NCBI GenBank assembly: GCA_051362555.1
Contig: CM120641.1
Span: 48,552,401-48,616,400 of the forward strand
Direction: 5' to 3'
Length of the DNA: 64,000 nt
DNA from: Lingula anatina
Taxonomy: Eukaryota; Animalia; Brachiopoda
Shown here: positions 40,046 to 51,960 of the stretch, piece after piece
How positions within the stretch are numbered: the stretch's first letter is position 1
Layout: every line of letters starts with the position of its first letter
The notes under the pieces: generated by a model
What the model was told of the DNA's origin: nothing
The model's input: the letters and a program-made list of their open reading frames with translations, nothing else
The model's database searches: none
Program-made: the position numbers and the translations under genes

Positions 40046-41924
40046 TATTATTGACTTACATACATGTGCATTATGTTCCACATGTTATTTTGGAGACACA
40101 GTCCAATTAAATGTTTTCTAGCTCCTTGAAAATCATTTGCGTTCATGTGGAAGGAACTAATGTCACGCTACATCAGCGGCTGTCAGTCAAATAGCTGTTG
40201 TATTTGGTGTATATTTAAACATTTATGTTGTGACAATGAAATGCTCATCTGATATGTAGAACAAGCTGGAACAAGCCTCAATTAAGGTCAAGTTAACTTT
40301 TCTATACGATGGTAGGCAGAGAGATGTGTACACTGTTGAAATATTTACGATGAAACTTGTAATTGGAGATGCTTTGTAATTTATTCGATGTATAAAGGCT
40401 TCGAAGCGAGAGTTCTTGTCTTTTCATTTACCTTGTATTTTAAAGTCACTGACTGTGAAGTCCAAAATAATTGATTTTGTTGAACACTTAATGCGTAGGT
40501 GATAAGATAATGTTTTTAGTGCGCATCTTAAACTATATCAAATATCATTAATCCCACAAGTTTAAAACCTATAATATTTCATTCGCCCATCCAATACCAG
40601 TCTGTCCGTCAGTATCAAACAATACACACTAACCTTAAAGGGTGATATGTTGGCCAACATGTTCGGGTGTTTTTGGGCCAATTACTTACTAGTGGGGCGT
40701 GTGCGTGCTGTCACGTGTAATCAGGAGAGAAGTGGCTACCCAGAACGCCAAACCGATGTCCTTAAAGGTGAAACCTGGGTGGTAATATACTGACATTAGA
40801 TCTAGAGATAGTGATGTACTGCTAAGAATGTGAGTGCGAACAACTTCAAAGTTTAAACAAGATCAACATTAAAGAAAAAACATAAGTTGCATCTCGACCA
40901 ATATATAAATATAAAACGCCTTGGTTATTGTTGCTTATTTAGTTAATAAGCACAGTGACGTCGCCAAACAATAACACGCTTTTCAGTAATCACATGCCTA
41001 TTAATACTACTGATCTAACTAAATCGATTTTTAAAAATGTATCGAATGTTAGCATGGGTTCTCTTATAGCAAATTTACTAACCCCGGACAACAAACATCA
41101 CTGATGTGCGGTCCGCGCGCTGTGTAAGTACATCAGATGATAGATCTGCACGCTAAAAGGTACTTTGATAAAATACATACAAGTTAATAAGGTGGAAGTA
41201 CACCATATTCATTATCAGTTCATCTCGTGACAGCTGGGGGAAATTGAACATTTAATAAAAAGCTGCAGTCGATGTATTCTTCCAGTGAGTGGTGCTGCTC
41301 TAGAAACCATATTACCACAAAAGCCGACCAGTATTGTTAATTAAAATCGTGCGGTTTCGACGATACCAAACAAACTCTTCTTTGCGAGTTGCAACGTAAA
41401 TAGGCAATTAGTTTCAGGGGCAAAATGTCAAATGAATTCCTGTGTTTTCGCTAAGAACTGTTGAAATGTATTCTGTTCTGTAAATGGTTCGATCACCGGG
41501 TAACAAATTATGGGGAAAACCCCGCAGCTGCCGAGATTTGCGACTCAAAAAGTGTATTATTGTCATACATTGTCAACAAATCATATTGAGGAACTTCTAT
41601 ATCTACACGCTATCTTCACGTTTCTCAATGCTTAGAAGTAACCAGCATTCCCCTTATGGAGGGGGGGGGGTAGTCCATTACCACCCATGTATATGTATAT
41701 ACACTACCCAGCGGTAACAATCATTAACCTAGAACATAGCTGGAGTCCGTGGATAACAATATAGTAAAATTAAACATATTTCATGATCAGTGAGATTTGC
41801 CAAATCAGCCGTCAAAGTGCATATCGACTTGATCAAAGACCGTCCCTAGTCACTGAACGCCAACCAGCGACGTTAAAACACATCTCTGTACTAATCTGCT
41901 TCTGTATGACCGACAGTGAGAAGG

Positions 41925-43046
41925 TTAGGTATCTTCTTCCATATTCCTCAACCCGGCATTTGACGAAGACTCCTGTAACAGAGCTTTGTTCCACTGTTGT
42001 CTGGGGCAGCAACGACACAGTAAAACTTTCAAGCGCTGTCGAAAATGACTGCCGAACAGCCCATAGACAAAGAAGTTCAAAGCTGAATTCAATAAAAAGA
42101 AAGCGTTTGCCGTGGGTCGAAAGTAGCGTTCGAACATGAGCACGTCGGGAGGTAAATTTGCCCGGAAAATGTTAAAAACGAGGTAAGCAACCGACGGCAG
42201 TGCCGTCATGATCATCAGAGACACGATGACGATCACAACAATGGTGATCTCAACGTTTTTCTCTTTCGCTTTATTCCGCTTCCCGTTTCCGGAGGAACGT
42301 TTTGGAAGTCTCCCCGCCCGTCTTCGAAGGAAGCAGATAAGAGAGACGTTAAAGAACACCAGAATCACGATTGGAAATACGTTGAAAGTCAACGACTGTA
42401 AGTAGAATCGGTACACCAGGTTGTACAGTTCCCAGCCTTCCTTCACATCGTAGACGAAACACACGGCATGGGTGGTGCTGGAGTTACTGCAGTTATTGTA
42501 ACCTATTGTCGTCGCATCGAAGAATCGAGGAGAGTTGTACAGAATACAGGCGATGACCAACCCAAGGACCCTCGGACGCCATTTCTGTATGGTGCAGAAC
42601 TCCTTGGATTTCACGGGTTTGCAGACGGCCACGTACCGGTCCAAGCTGACGAAGATGACCAAGTAGATCCCGAGGCTGTTGGCGATAGAACCAATCGCCC
42701 AAGTGTGTAGCGAGATTTTGGAGGACACCCAGAAATAATCCTCAGCTATTCCAGTGAATGGATGAAAAGAGGGGATAACGTACAATAAAAGGTTGTGGAG
42801 AAGAGAAATGTTGTCAGCGAACGCCACCCACAGGAGTAAGTACGACGTGGATCGTAACGGTTTCTCCGACCAGAAGACCACCATGACAAGAATGTTGCAG
42901 ACGATCCCCAAGATGCAGACAAGCGCTGAGAGACCGACGCCGATGATGAAAATCCTCCGGTTTGAACCAAGGGAATCGCAGTCGTGAATGAGAGAGACAT
43001 TGTGAGCAGCGATTCCACTGAAGCCTTCCAGCGCCGCCATATGCAT
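41925..43046 (-). CDS. Class A (rhodopsin-like) GPCR, FMRFamide-receptor-like group, single coding exon, 373 aa
   Basis: Seven hydrophobic segments; GxxxN in TM1 (GIVCN), xAxAD in TM2, SLDRYVAVCxP, YNSPRFF in TM4, P in TM5/TM6, NSALNFFVY...FR in TM7/helix 8, C-terminal Cys cluster. Confidence 0.9.
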   Translation of the reverse strand: MHMAALEGFSGIAAHNVSLIHDCDSLGSNRRIFIIGVGLSALVCILGIVCNILVMVVFWSEKPLRSTSYLLLWVAFADNISLLHNLLLYVIPSFHPFTGIAEDYFWVSSKISLHTWAIGSIANSLGIYLVIFVSLDRYVAVCKPVKSKEFCTIQKWRPRVLGLVIACILYNSPRFFDATTIGYNNCSNSSTTHAVCFVYDVKEGWELYNLVYRFYLQSLTFNVFPIVILVFFNVSLICFLRRRAGRLPKRSSGNGKRNKAKEKNVEITIVVIVIVSLMIMTALPSVAYLVFNIFRANLPPDVLMFERYFRPTANAFFLLNSALNFFVYGLFGSHFRQRLKVLLCRCCPRQQWNKALLQESSSNAGLRNMEEDT

Positions 43047-46000
43047 GTGAACTAGCGATGGTAAAGTAAAGCGTCATCAAATTTCCAAAGCTATTCCAGC
43101 GCGCGCAAAAACCAAACTCATAAACAAGTATTTCAAAGCCAGTTCCACAAAACCCTCATTAGTGACGATAACTTCCTTCCAAATGATATTATATGCTTCA
43201 ACCGTTGTGTAAAATGTATCTCGCTTGCCAGAGTCTATCAAAACCCAGCGATACGGGAGAAGGTGAACCTTTAAGGCTGCAAGGTGATTAACGCGTGGAT
43301 AATTTCCATGGAATTTGCTCCGCTGGAAGTCATTGTAGCTTTCAAATATCTTCACTCATTCTAGGAAATTAATATTAGCCTATTAATGATGACATCTGTA
43401 CTGTGCTACTGACAGGTTTGGGAAATTAATGCTGTCTTCATCACAGGGGGAGCTGTCCTTCTAACGGCTCGTTCAACTATGAATAGTTATTTAAAGCACA
43501 CATTGAGAACTGGACGGCACCCGAGTGCAGCAAAAATGTAATTTTTTTGGAAATTTTTAATACTTTCCAGTTATTCGCCAATATACACCTTATCCAGAAC
43601 GGTTCACAGAATTTGGATTCATTTAGCCGTTTTTGAGGTTTAATTACTGGATGACTTTTGTAATAGAGATAAAGAGACTTGAAGTCTTGTCGGTAAATTT
43701 CACACATTTAGAACTGGAAAACGGGATTATAATCTTATTTTTGACATCGGTTTTGAACAGCATATTCCTTGATGATAAAATGGAAACTGTCAAGTATTCC
43801 AGGAAAATGATCATAATTAAACATTGAGGAGTTTATTGAAAAAGAAAATGAGAAAGGGCGTCTCATTTTACTATCTTAACAATGAGTAAAATGACTGACG
43901 TGAGAAAATATGAGCCTTTTTTGCTTTAGATATAGTAATTTAAACAGGTAAATGTAGTCACCTGCGTGAATATTAACGGTTAGTATACTGCAGCCCTGCC
44001 TCATCTTCAAGCTAAGCATTTTCTAAACCTTAGGCCCTAATGTATTATTGAAAATGTGCAGTATGACAATTAATATTCTCCCCTATAAAACAACGATAAA
44101 AGCTCACATTACTATACCGCCAGGAGTTTCAGAATGAGAGACCTTGCGTTCTTCGGTCAGTGAGCAGAGTGTACAGAGACCTATCAATTATCATTTCTCT
44201 CAAACATATGACACCATTGAAATATATATAATCACCATAGAAACTGAGTAATAACCAAACGTATCAACCAGTGTGTAGGTAGCCCCCCCCCCCCCCCCCC
44301 CCCCTTTGATATTGGGACAATTTTAAATCAACGGGTGTCGTTTTAATTAGTTATTAGAACGGCACTGGATAGCTCAACCACCCTTCTACAGTATGACCGT
44401 TATGATTGACCTTAATAACCAGACAGACGCTTGGCGTTCAGCATTTTACTCCAGAACGGTCCAATCGAGTTCTGTAGACCAGCTGTGTGTTAATTTGACT
44501 TCATTAATTTTTTTCCTTTCCCTCGCAACAGCAGATGAGATAATCTTTTTTAACATCATCTAATCAGAATTTGCGCATCAAAAAGCTTTTCATATCACAT
44601 TATGAGTTACAGTCCGTTAAGTGAAAAATGGAAATGCCAATGAAGTAAACTGGTTTACAGGCTTCTCGGCCAGAATATATCAATACGGGGAAGATTTGGA
44701 TTTGTCAAGGTTTTTTTACAATTGAAATTGGATAAATTGCTTTTCTAAACCTGAAAATTATTTACGCGCGAACGTTTTCTTGCAAAATAGAGGTGATATT
44801 TTAAATTCAAAGAGTCCGTCAGCTACGAGTCTAAAGAAGACGCTGGGCGACCACGTGCCCATGAAGATGGCTCCAAACAATAAACACAAGTGAACCTTTT
44901 GAAAGTAAATCTGCAAAATATGTCTATTTATTGGTATCTAACTCTCAAAGCAGCACAAAATGTTACACCGTGCCTATTACCATGACAACTAGCATTTTAG
45001 AAGAAAGTGTGTTGGTATCTAAAAGATTTGGGAGCAATGGATTTACAAACAGCGGTTGATGTCACAACTCTCTCTCTCTCTTATAATACCTCACACTGCG
45101 CGATCTACAAAATGTTTGTCAGGGAGCCATTTTCTGGGGGTTAAGTTTTAAAAAAGTGAGGAGAGTTACACTTTGTCCAACTTACATTCGATTTCTGTAC
45201 GTGGAGTTGGGGACGGGAACTCCACGGGAGAGGGGTGGTAGAGCTTCCTTTCCTTAAGCTTCCATAAAGAATTTTCCTGTTTCTAGGCGAAGATAAATTC
45301 AAGCTGAACCTTCCAGCGAACAGCTACCTGCAACAGAAATGTGTTAGGTGAGCCCCATTGCTTCCAGCTACAATAGGCCTACCTCTTACTTGTGCGGTGT
45401 GATAAGTTGAAAAAGTCGTCTGCTCGCATTCCTCGTTATCACGTGCTGTCGTGTATCCTGCCAAAATAATTACGTCTCAGATATGTATTCTACTAATAAC
45501 TAGCAAATTTAATTTAATTTCTTTTAAAATTATTTTCAAAAGACACAAAAATATCAAAATGTTTTAAGTATAGCACACAAATGTGAGAGAAATTTAAATG
45601 TCAACTTAAAAGGTGCAGTCGTGACTGGAAAGGTAGTCCTACGGATGGAAGTTCGGGGTCCCACATGATTAGTACAGGGGACTCACTATCATGGGGGACT
45701 CGTTGTCACGTTACACCGGGGCTAGTTGAGCCAGTTAGACACTTAGCTTTGTAGAGACATCTGAGAATAAGTTAGCACAACAAAACTGGGTTTAGAACGA
45801 GCGACAAGGATAAAGCTACAGATGCTACGTCATTGTTTTAAAAGAGTTATGTTACATGGCTCACAATTCGAAAGAACCACCCTTTTTACTGGGAAAAGGT
45901 CCACTCTGGGTAAAATTTGACCTATGTAATTGAGGATTTTTTGGTAAAAGGTCCACTTTTTCAGAAAACGAACCCCCCTTTGAAATTGCTGGCTACGGGC

Positions 46001-46334
46001 CTGTACATATTATTTAAATAGATAAGTTTTGAAATGAAAATTTACATAACAAACTGGAAATATGTTGCGTTTTCTAGATTCTTGTTAATCACAAGACGTA
46101 GGTCTACATGTAGCTATCTTGGCACGTCACATCCAACCCCTCACCTCCTAATAGAAGTCCACTGAATATTTAGGTCTAAAGAGATTACAAGCGATCAATA
46201 GGCCTAATACAATACACTGTACAGCACGGGAAGTGCGGAGCTAATGTTACGCGGACTTACTACTAGAGGACGCGTTTTTCTGACGCTTATTTTTAGCCAC
46301 CCATAGCGCCATTATAGCGTTTGTTTATTCGCGT

Positions 46335-48774
46335 ATGAACGCACTGACTGATGACATGGAGGTCTTCTTCCTTCCGTCCTGGGTTATAATACTGCTGGCA
46401 GTGGCAGTCCTGACCCTAGTTTACCTGCTATATCTTCATTATGCATGGGACAACAGACGCAGGTTTGGGCTCCCAGGACCCGCGCCTTTGCCTTTATTCG
46501 GCCACATTGTAGAAATCATGAAGGAAGGAATCTGCGGCTTTGACCTGAACGCCGTGAGGGCTTACGGTAACGTGCTGGCGCTGTCCCCGGGACTCATGGG
46601 GAACGCACTGGGGGACGTGATGATCAGTGATCCTGATATGATCAAAGAGATCTTGGTGAAACAAGCCAATGTATTTGTGGATAGGAATATCAATGGCGAG
46701 GCGCAAATATCGCCTCTAGAGAAGGCATTGTTTGCAGTGAAAGGGGACTACTGGAAGCAGGTAAGACTAGTAACCGTCGCAGTGTTTGACCTTCTCTCTG
46801 CATCCAGTGTTTTTACTATAAACATGGATAAAATACCTGCGCATGCGCAAGAACCCATACCATTCTGGAGGTGGTGGGGGGGGGGGGGGGGGGGGGGGCA
46901 CAAAAAGTAGGCGGCCGAAAAAAAAAAAAAAACTTGCGCGTTTGTATTTAGACTGCTATTGATGGGAAAAGAATATGTTGAAAAAAACATCGAATCTCTG
47001 TTTCGAAGATTGCCCATTGCCACTGTCATAAATGCTTTTGTATTACGATGCTGGAATAGGAATAGGCCTAATTGTTTCGGAGCGCAACAAGCTTAGTGTT
47101 CTCTCACAAAAAGGCTTTATACCCTACATGTATGTTCTCAGAAATTGTGGCAGTTTTTCGTAAAAAAATCTTTGATATATTGTTTTCGGCCAACCTTTGA
47201 GAATTAATAGTTTGGCGCGTGATTTTTATATCCGCTGGATATGTGGTATATTACTTCAAGCTTTCTAAAAAGATAAACCAAATGAAAATGAACTTATGAA
47301 GATTTTGATTACAATAATATCGAACTTCATGAAAGAAAAGATACATCTAACAGATCCCTCTGTAAAACAAAGATCACAATTAAAAACTGCAAAAATGGAT
47401 AGTAGGCCTAAAGTAGATGTTTTTCGTTTAATTTGGGTGGAAAAGATATCACATAGATGAATTTTTTTTTTGCTGAACTTTGCTGTAATAATGACGGTTC
47501 AAGTCGAGTAAATCAATGAACCTAGGATCCAAAATAAAGCATTTGGATCCTAGAATGAACTACAAACCTCGTTGAGTAAACCCACATTTTGTTACGTCAC
47601 TCACCCGTTTTAATCATTGCAGATGCGCAACACGCTGACCCCCACATTCACTTCCGGGAAGTTACGTCACATGCAGACGATGATCAGTAAATGTGCCCAA
47701 ACGCTGGTCGACAACTTGAAAAAGAAGGCAAATACTGGAGAGAAATTCGACAGCCAAATCTGGGGCTGCTACACGATGGACGTGATATGTGCCACAGCAT
47801 TTGGGGTCGAGGTTGACTCTTTGAATAATCCCAACCATCCTTTTGTGGTAAATGCCGATCGTTTCAACAACATTAATTTGGGTAACCCCCTTGTTTTGAT
47901 GCTGTTCCTTTGTCCTCGCTTTATGAAGATGTTCGAGCCCATACTGCCTTACGTCCCTGGGGTGAAGTCTTACGTGGGTCCGATTAAATATTTCTCAAAA
48001 ACAACAGAAAATTTACTTCAAGATAGACGACTAACAAATGACGGACAATACAAAGATTTCCTGCAGCTGATGTTGAACGCTCACAAATTATCCACTTCAG
48101 AGATGTCGGACGACGAAAAGCAAGATGAGAAATTGAAGAAGAGGGTCTTGACAACGGAGGAAATAGCAGCCAATGGGATGGGGTTTTTCGCAGCAGGTTT
48201 CTCTACAACGAAGGACACTTTGGGGTATATCGCATACCTCCTAGCAACACACCCACAGGTGCAGGAGCGCCTCGTGCAGGAGATTGACGATGTTCTCCAG
48301 GACGCCGACCCGACCCACGACAACGTCTCAAAGCTCACGTACTTGGAACAGGTGATCAACGAATCCATGAGACTGTATCCCGTAGGAATTCGTCTGGACA
48401 GACTCGCGGACCAGGACACCACAGTCAACGGCCTCTTCATTCCCAAAGGCACGGCTGTGGCTATCCCCACTTTCGCCATTCATTTACACCCAGAGTACTA
48501 CCCAGAGCCAGAGAAATTCGACCCTGATCGGTTCTCGCCAGAGGCCAAGGCGAAGAGAAATCCTTACACCTACTTGCCCTTTGGTATGGGGCCCCGAAGC
48601 TGTATCGGCATGCGCCTGGCCATGCTCGAGATGAAGATGGTCCTGGCAAAAGTGTTACAGAACCTCACTTTCAAGACGTGCGAGGAGACGCAGATTCCAA
48701 TGGTTCTGTCGAAGTCGAGGCCCATGAAACCCGAGAAGGAAATATGGTTGAAAGTGGAGGAGAGAGCTCTCTGA
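46335..48774 (+). CDS. Cytochrome P450, clan 3 (CYP3A-like), copy C; 2 exons, 525 aa (518 aa from ATG 46356)
   Basis: Exon 1 46335-46760 (CAG|GTAAGA), exon 2 47623-48774 (ttgcag|ATG); same intron position as copies A/B; ESMR, PDRF, FGMGPRSCIG. Confidence 0.95.
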
Positions 48775-49482
48775 ACAAAATTAATAAAGATATAAAATAG
48801 AATAAAAAATCACTCATGTAGAACTTACGCACCAAAAAGAATTATAGTATGATGTGATTGAATTACATTTGTGCTGGAAATGAACTCCACTGAAAAAGAC
48901 CATTATTTTAACCAGAAAATCACAATTGTAGTTTTACATGAAAACAAGTTGCCCCACGCAGCTTTATTTACTCCGTGTTATATATGATATTCGGCGGGTG
49001 TACGCTGATAATCACCGCTTAAATAACGAAAGAGTTCAAATTTTTAATGCCTCTATTTTTTTTATTTTTACCCAAGACAATCGGTATTTCAGTATTGATG
49101 TGTAATATTATTGAGCCAGCCAAAGCAATTTTTGTATTTTTCAACTTATATCATAGTATTAACATATTTACTCTCTTGGAATATTACAATGAAGGTATCA
49201 TGAACCACGTTCGCCCTGAGAACAAGAGAATGCAAATTATGTAGCCCTTATTTTTTTTCATGGTTATAAATTTGCAATGCTATTTTAGTATAGGCGCATA
49301 ATATATTTGAGACCATGCAGTATTGGGACTTTAGTTCACTGCATAATATTTTTCTTTAACGTAGCATATAAAGCAAATATTTTAATCGCCGCTCTGATGT
49401 AATTCACACAAACGAATGATAAAATCGAGAACATTTTAATAAAACGAATGTTGTGTGAAATTGCATTGGTTTAGCATCTTTC

Positions 49483-49590
49483 AGGGACCCTTCCTAGAGC
49501 CTATTGTACTTACTTTGGCTCGATCTGTCTCCAAGGGGATTCTCACTAAATTGCTACCAACTGATGCAGCTTAAATGTCTGTCACGCCTG
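49483..49590. mobile_element. Half-copy of the GGGACCATTCCCAG MITE family
   Basis: agggacccttcctagagcctattgtact...ggggattct...gcttaaatgtctgtcacgcc aligns with the left arm of 54106-54372. Confidence 0.6.
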
Positions 49591-50712
49591 AAAATGGAAA
49601 AGAACAAGCACTTGTTGTAGCATGCAGTTGCTCAGGATATTACTCCAATCCGTAGAATAATAAAGGAGTTCCGAGAGGAGGAAATTGATTTGGAATAAAA
49701 AAAATCGTGACAACGGGGCCTGTGCACCAGTACTGCAGCACGTGCCCGTGAACTCAATCGGGGTGCGGGTATCGTTGGGTACAAAATCGCATATTGAAAC
49801 ACAATATTGGATTATTAAATGGCGTTACACAACAAACATAAAGTGAGTTAATTTCAAAATATAAGGATTGCGGAGATCTATAAAAGGGATAACTTGCGTG
49901 AGAGGGACAGGGAAAGGCCAACTTCTCAAGGAAAACCATGACCCCATGTCGCTGACAGTACACGCGCAATCACAAACAATTCACAAGGAAGGGGGCGATT
50001 GGACAGGGATCGCGACTGAACGAAAATTTTCCATTGTTAACGTGGAAAGCACCTAGTTTGCTATTACCTATTTAACGATGACATCAGCATAATGTTATCA
50101 AAATCAGATTTCTTGTAGGTAACATCTACACGTATATCGACTAAGAAGTATATTATCTAGTACATACTTTATGTTCTCGTTTCAGTCGTCGCCTCTCGTC
50201 TTATTTCATGTCGGTGTTGCTCTCCTTTTGTGGGTCAATCCAGAAATGCGAAATGTTTTCATGTATTTTAGAATAACGTGGACAGGAGAACCAGGTTGAA
50301 CAGATTGCTACCTTTGATAACAAATTGCGGTACGAGCACCGCTAACACAATGTCCACTTAGCACAGCGCCGATCTACACCTGTTCACTTTTATTATATTT
50401 TGGTAATTCTAGGAACAACAATGTGCCATTTTCTTCCGGGCGATTCTTTGAAGACAAAACCCAAACATTGTCTACTACTGTTTCAATTAACAAGGATGTT
50501 AAGGAGTTAAAGGCACCTTTAGTAAGAGATGTCAGTGTGGAAACTTTGCATTTTATCTGGAGACTACTCGAAAGCAAAAAGTAACGAGTTCCTTGCGATC
50601 AGATTTTTCCAAGGACTGGTGAAAATAAAAGGTATCCATTAACCACATACCAGTCTTGTTTGAAGATCCACATCAAATCACCGTATAGATCTTAAAGAAG
50701 TAAATAAGTTAT

Positions 50713-50858
50713 AATACTGACGAATCTCTGAAGATCTATAAAGATGTAATATGTAATCCAAGCTTTCGGCCGCTAAAAAATCCTTGAAGGCATAGGGGCC
50801 GAAAGCTTGGATCATATATTACATCTTTATAGTAGATCTTCAGAGATGCATCAGTATT
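50713..50858. repeat. Long hairpin (~60-bp arms, ~25-nt loop)
   Basis: aatactga...atctctgaagatcta...aaagatgtaatat...atccaagctttcggcc mirrored by ggccgaaagcttggat...atattacatcttt...tagatcttcagagat...tcagtatt. Confidence 0.9.
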
Positions 50859-50887
50859 CTTGTTTTAAGAAACAAACAAAGCTCATT

Positions 50888-50916
50888 TTTATTTTGAAAA
50901 ATTCATGATGTTTATT
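50888..50916 (-). terminator. Candidate poly(A) signals of G3BP (two AATAAA on minus strand)
   Basis: tttatt at 50888-50893 and 50911-50916, ~1 kb after the stop codon, with T-rich sequence downstream on the minus strand. Confidence 0.45.
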
Positions 50917-51960
50917 ATTTAAAGTGTGCTGCGAGACAAATACAATTTTTTCCTTTACAAATAATATAAAGTTTATAGAGAACCAAATTATTTAGAATGC
51001 TCTCGTCGGAACTAAAACAATACAATACTACAAGTTGACTATGACTGAACTATTATTATTTATATTAAGGCTTTTGAAGTTATCAGAAAATAATGAAGAA
51101 TTGGTGGCTGAAAGCCTATATAAACTTATGTATCAATGTTTTTTTTTTACATATTTTTCACCCTTTGTCTAAATATTGATGTTTCCAACTAGAATGCAGG
51201 ATTAGAACCTTGCTGCTCTTTGCACTGGAGGCAGGACAACGATATAAATAGAATATTGCATTTTTTTGTTTTAAAAAAATTAAAGAAAAGGTGAAAAAGG
51301 ATCCTTAGCACATCCAAGCAAATTCCACAAGGTCCCTGATCACTGGTCCAGTTATTAGATGAACAAGGGCCAACAACTTGAATCTTGAAGCCTCCATCTC
51401 TCGTGTTCACTGCTTGCATAGACTTCTTCCTTCCGTCCCATGATCTGAGAGAACTCTTCCAACCATTTCATAATATCTTTTTTTAAATATTGTTTTTGAT
51501 AGTTTATAAAACAATGTTTTAATCACAGAGTACGATGTCTGGGTATATCATTATTACTAGACGCCAGCTGACTTCAGTTTTCTTTTTTTTTTTTGTTTGT
51601 TTGTTTTCTGCTGTGATCAAGTCCACTGGAAAGATTGAAGAAGCGTTGATAAGGACAAAACAACACAGACAAGTTGCAAAGTTGAATGAAAATATGCAAT
51701 TCCTAGACGAATTCTAACATGAAATCCACCCATCAGAATCTGGCAATTGTACACATGGTCTTTACTGTGCGGGATCATATCACTTGGCGATGAGTGGAAA
51801 ATGTATCTATGAGATCATTCCTTCCAAGTTGATTACAGATTTGGTCAATCCAAGTTCCGAATTCAAGGTATGTAGTCGGGGGATCCTGGTTTTTCATTGC
51901 ACCCGATCAAGACACTAGAATTGCATACTTTCAAGCAAGCACCATGAAAAGACAAACTGT

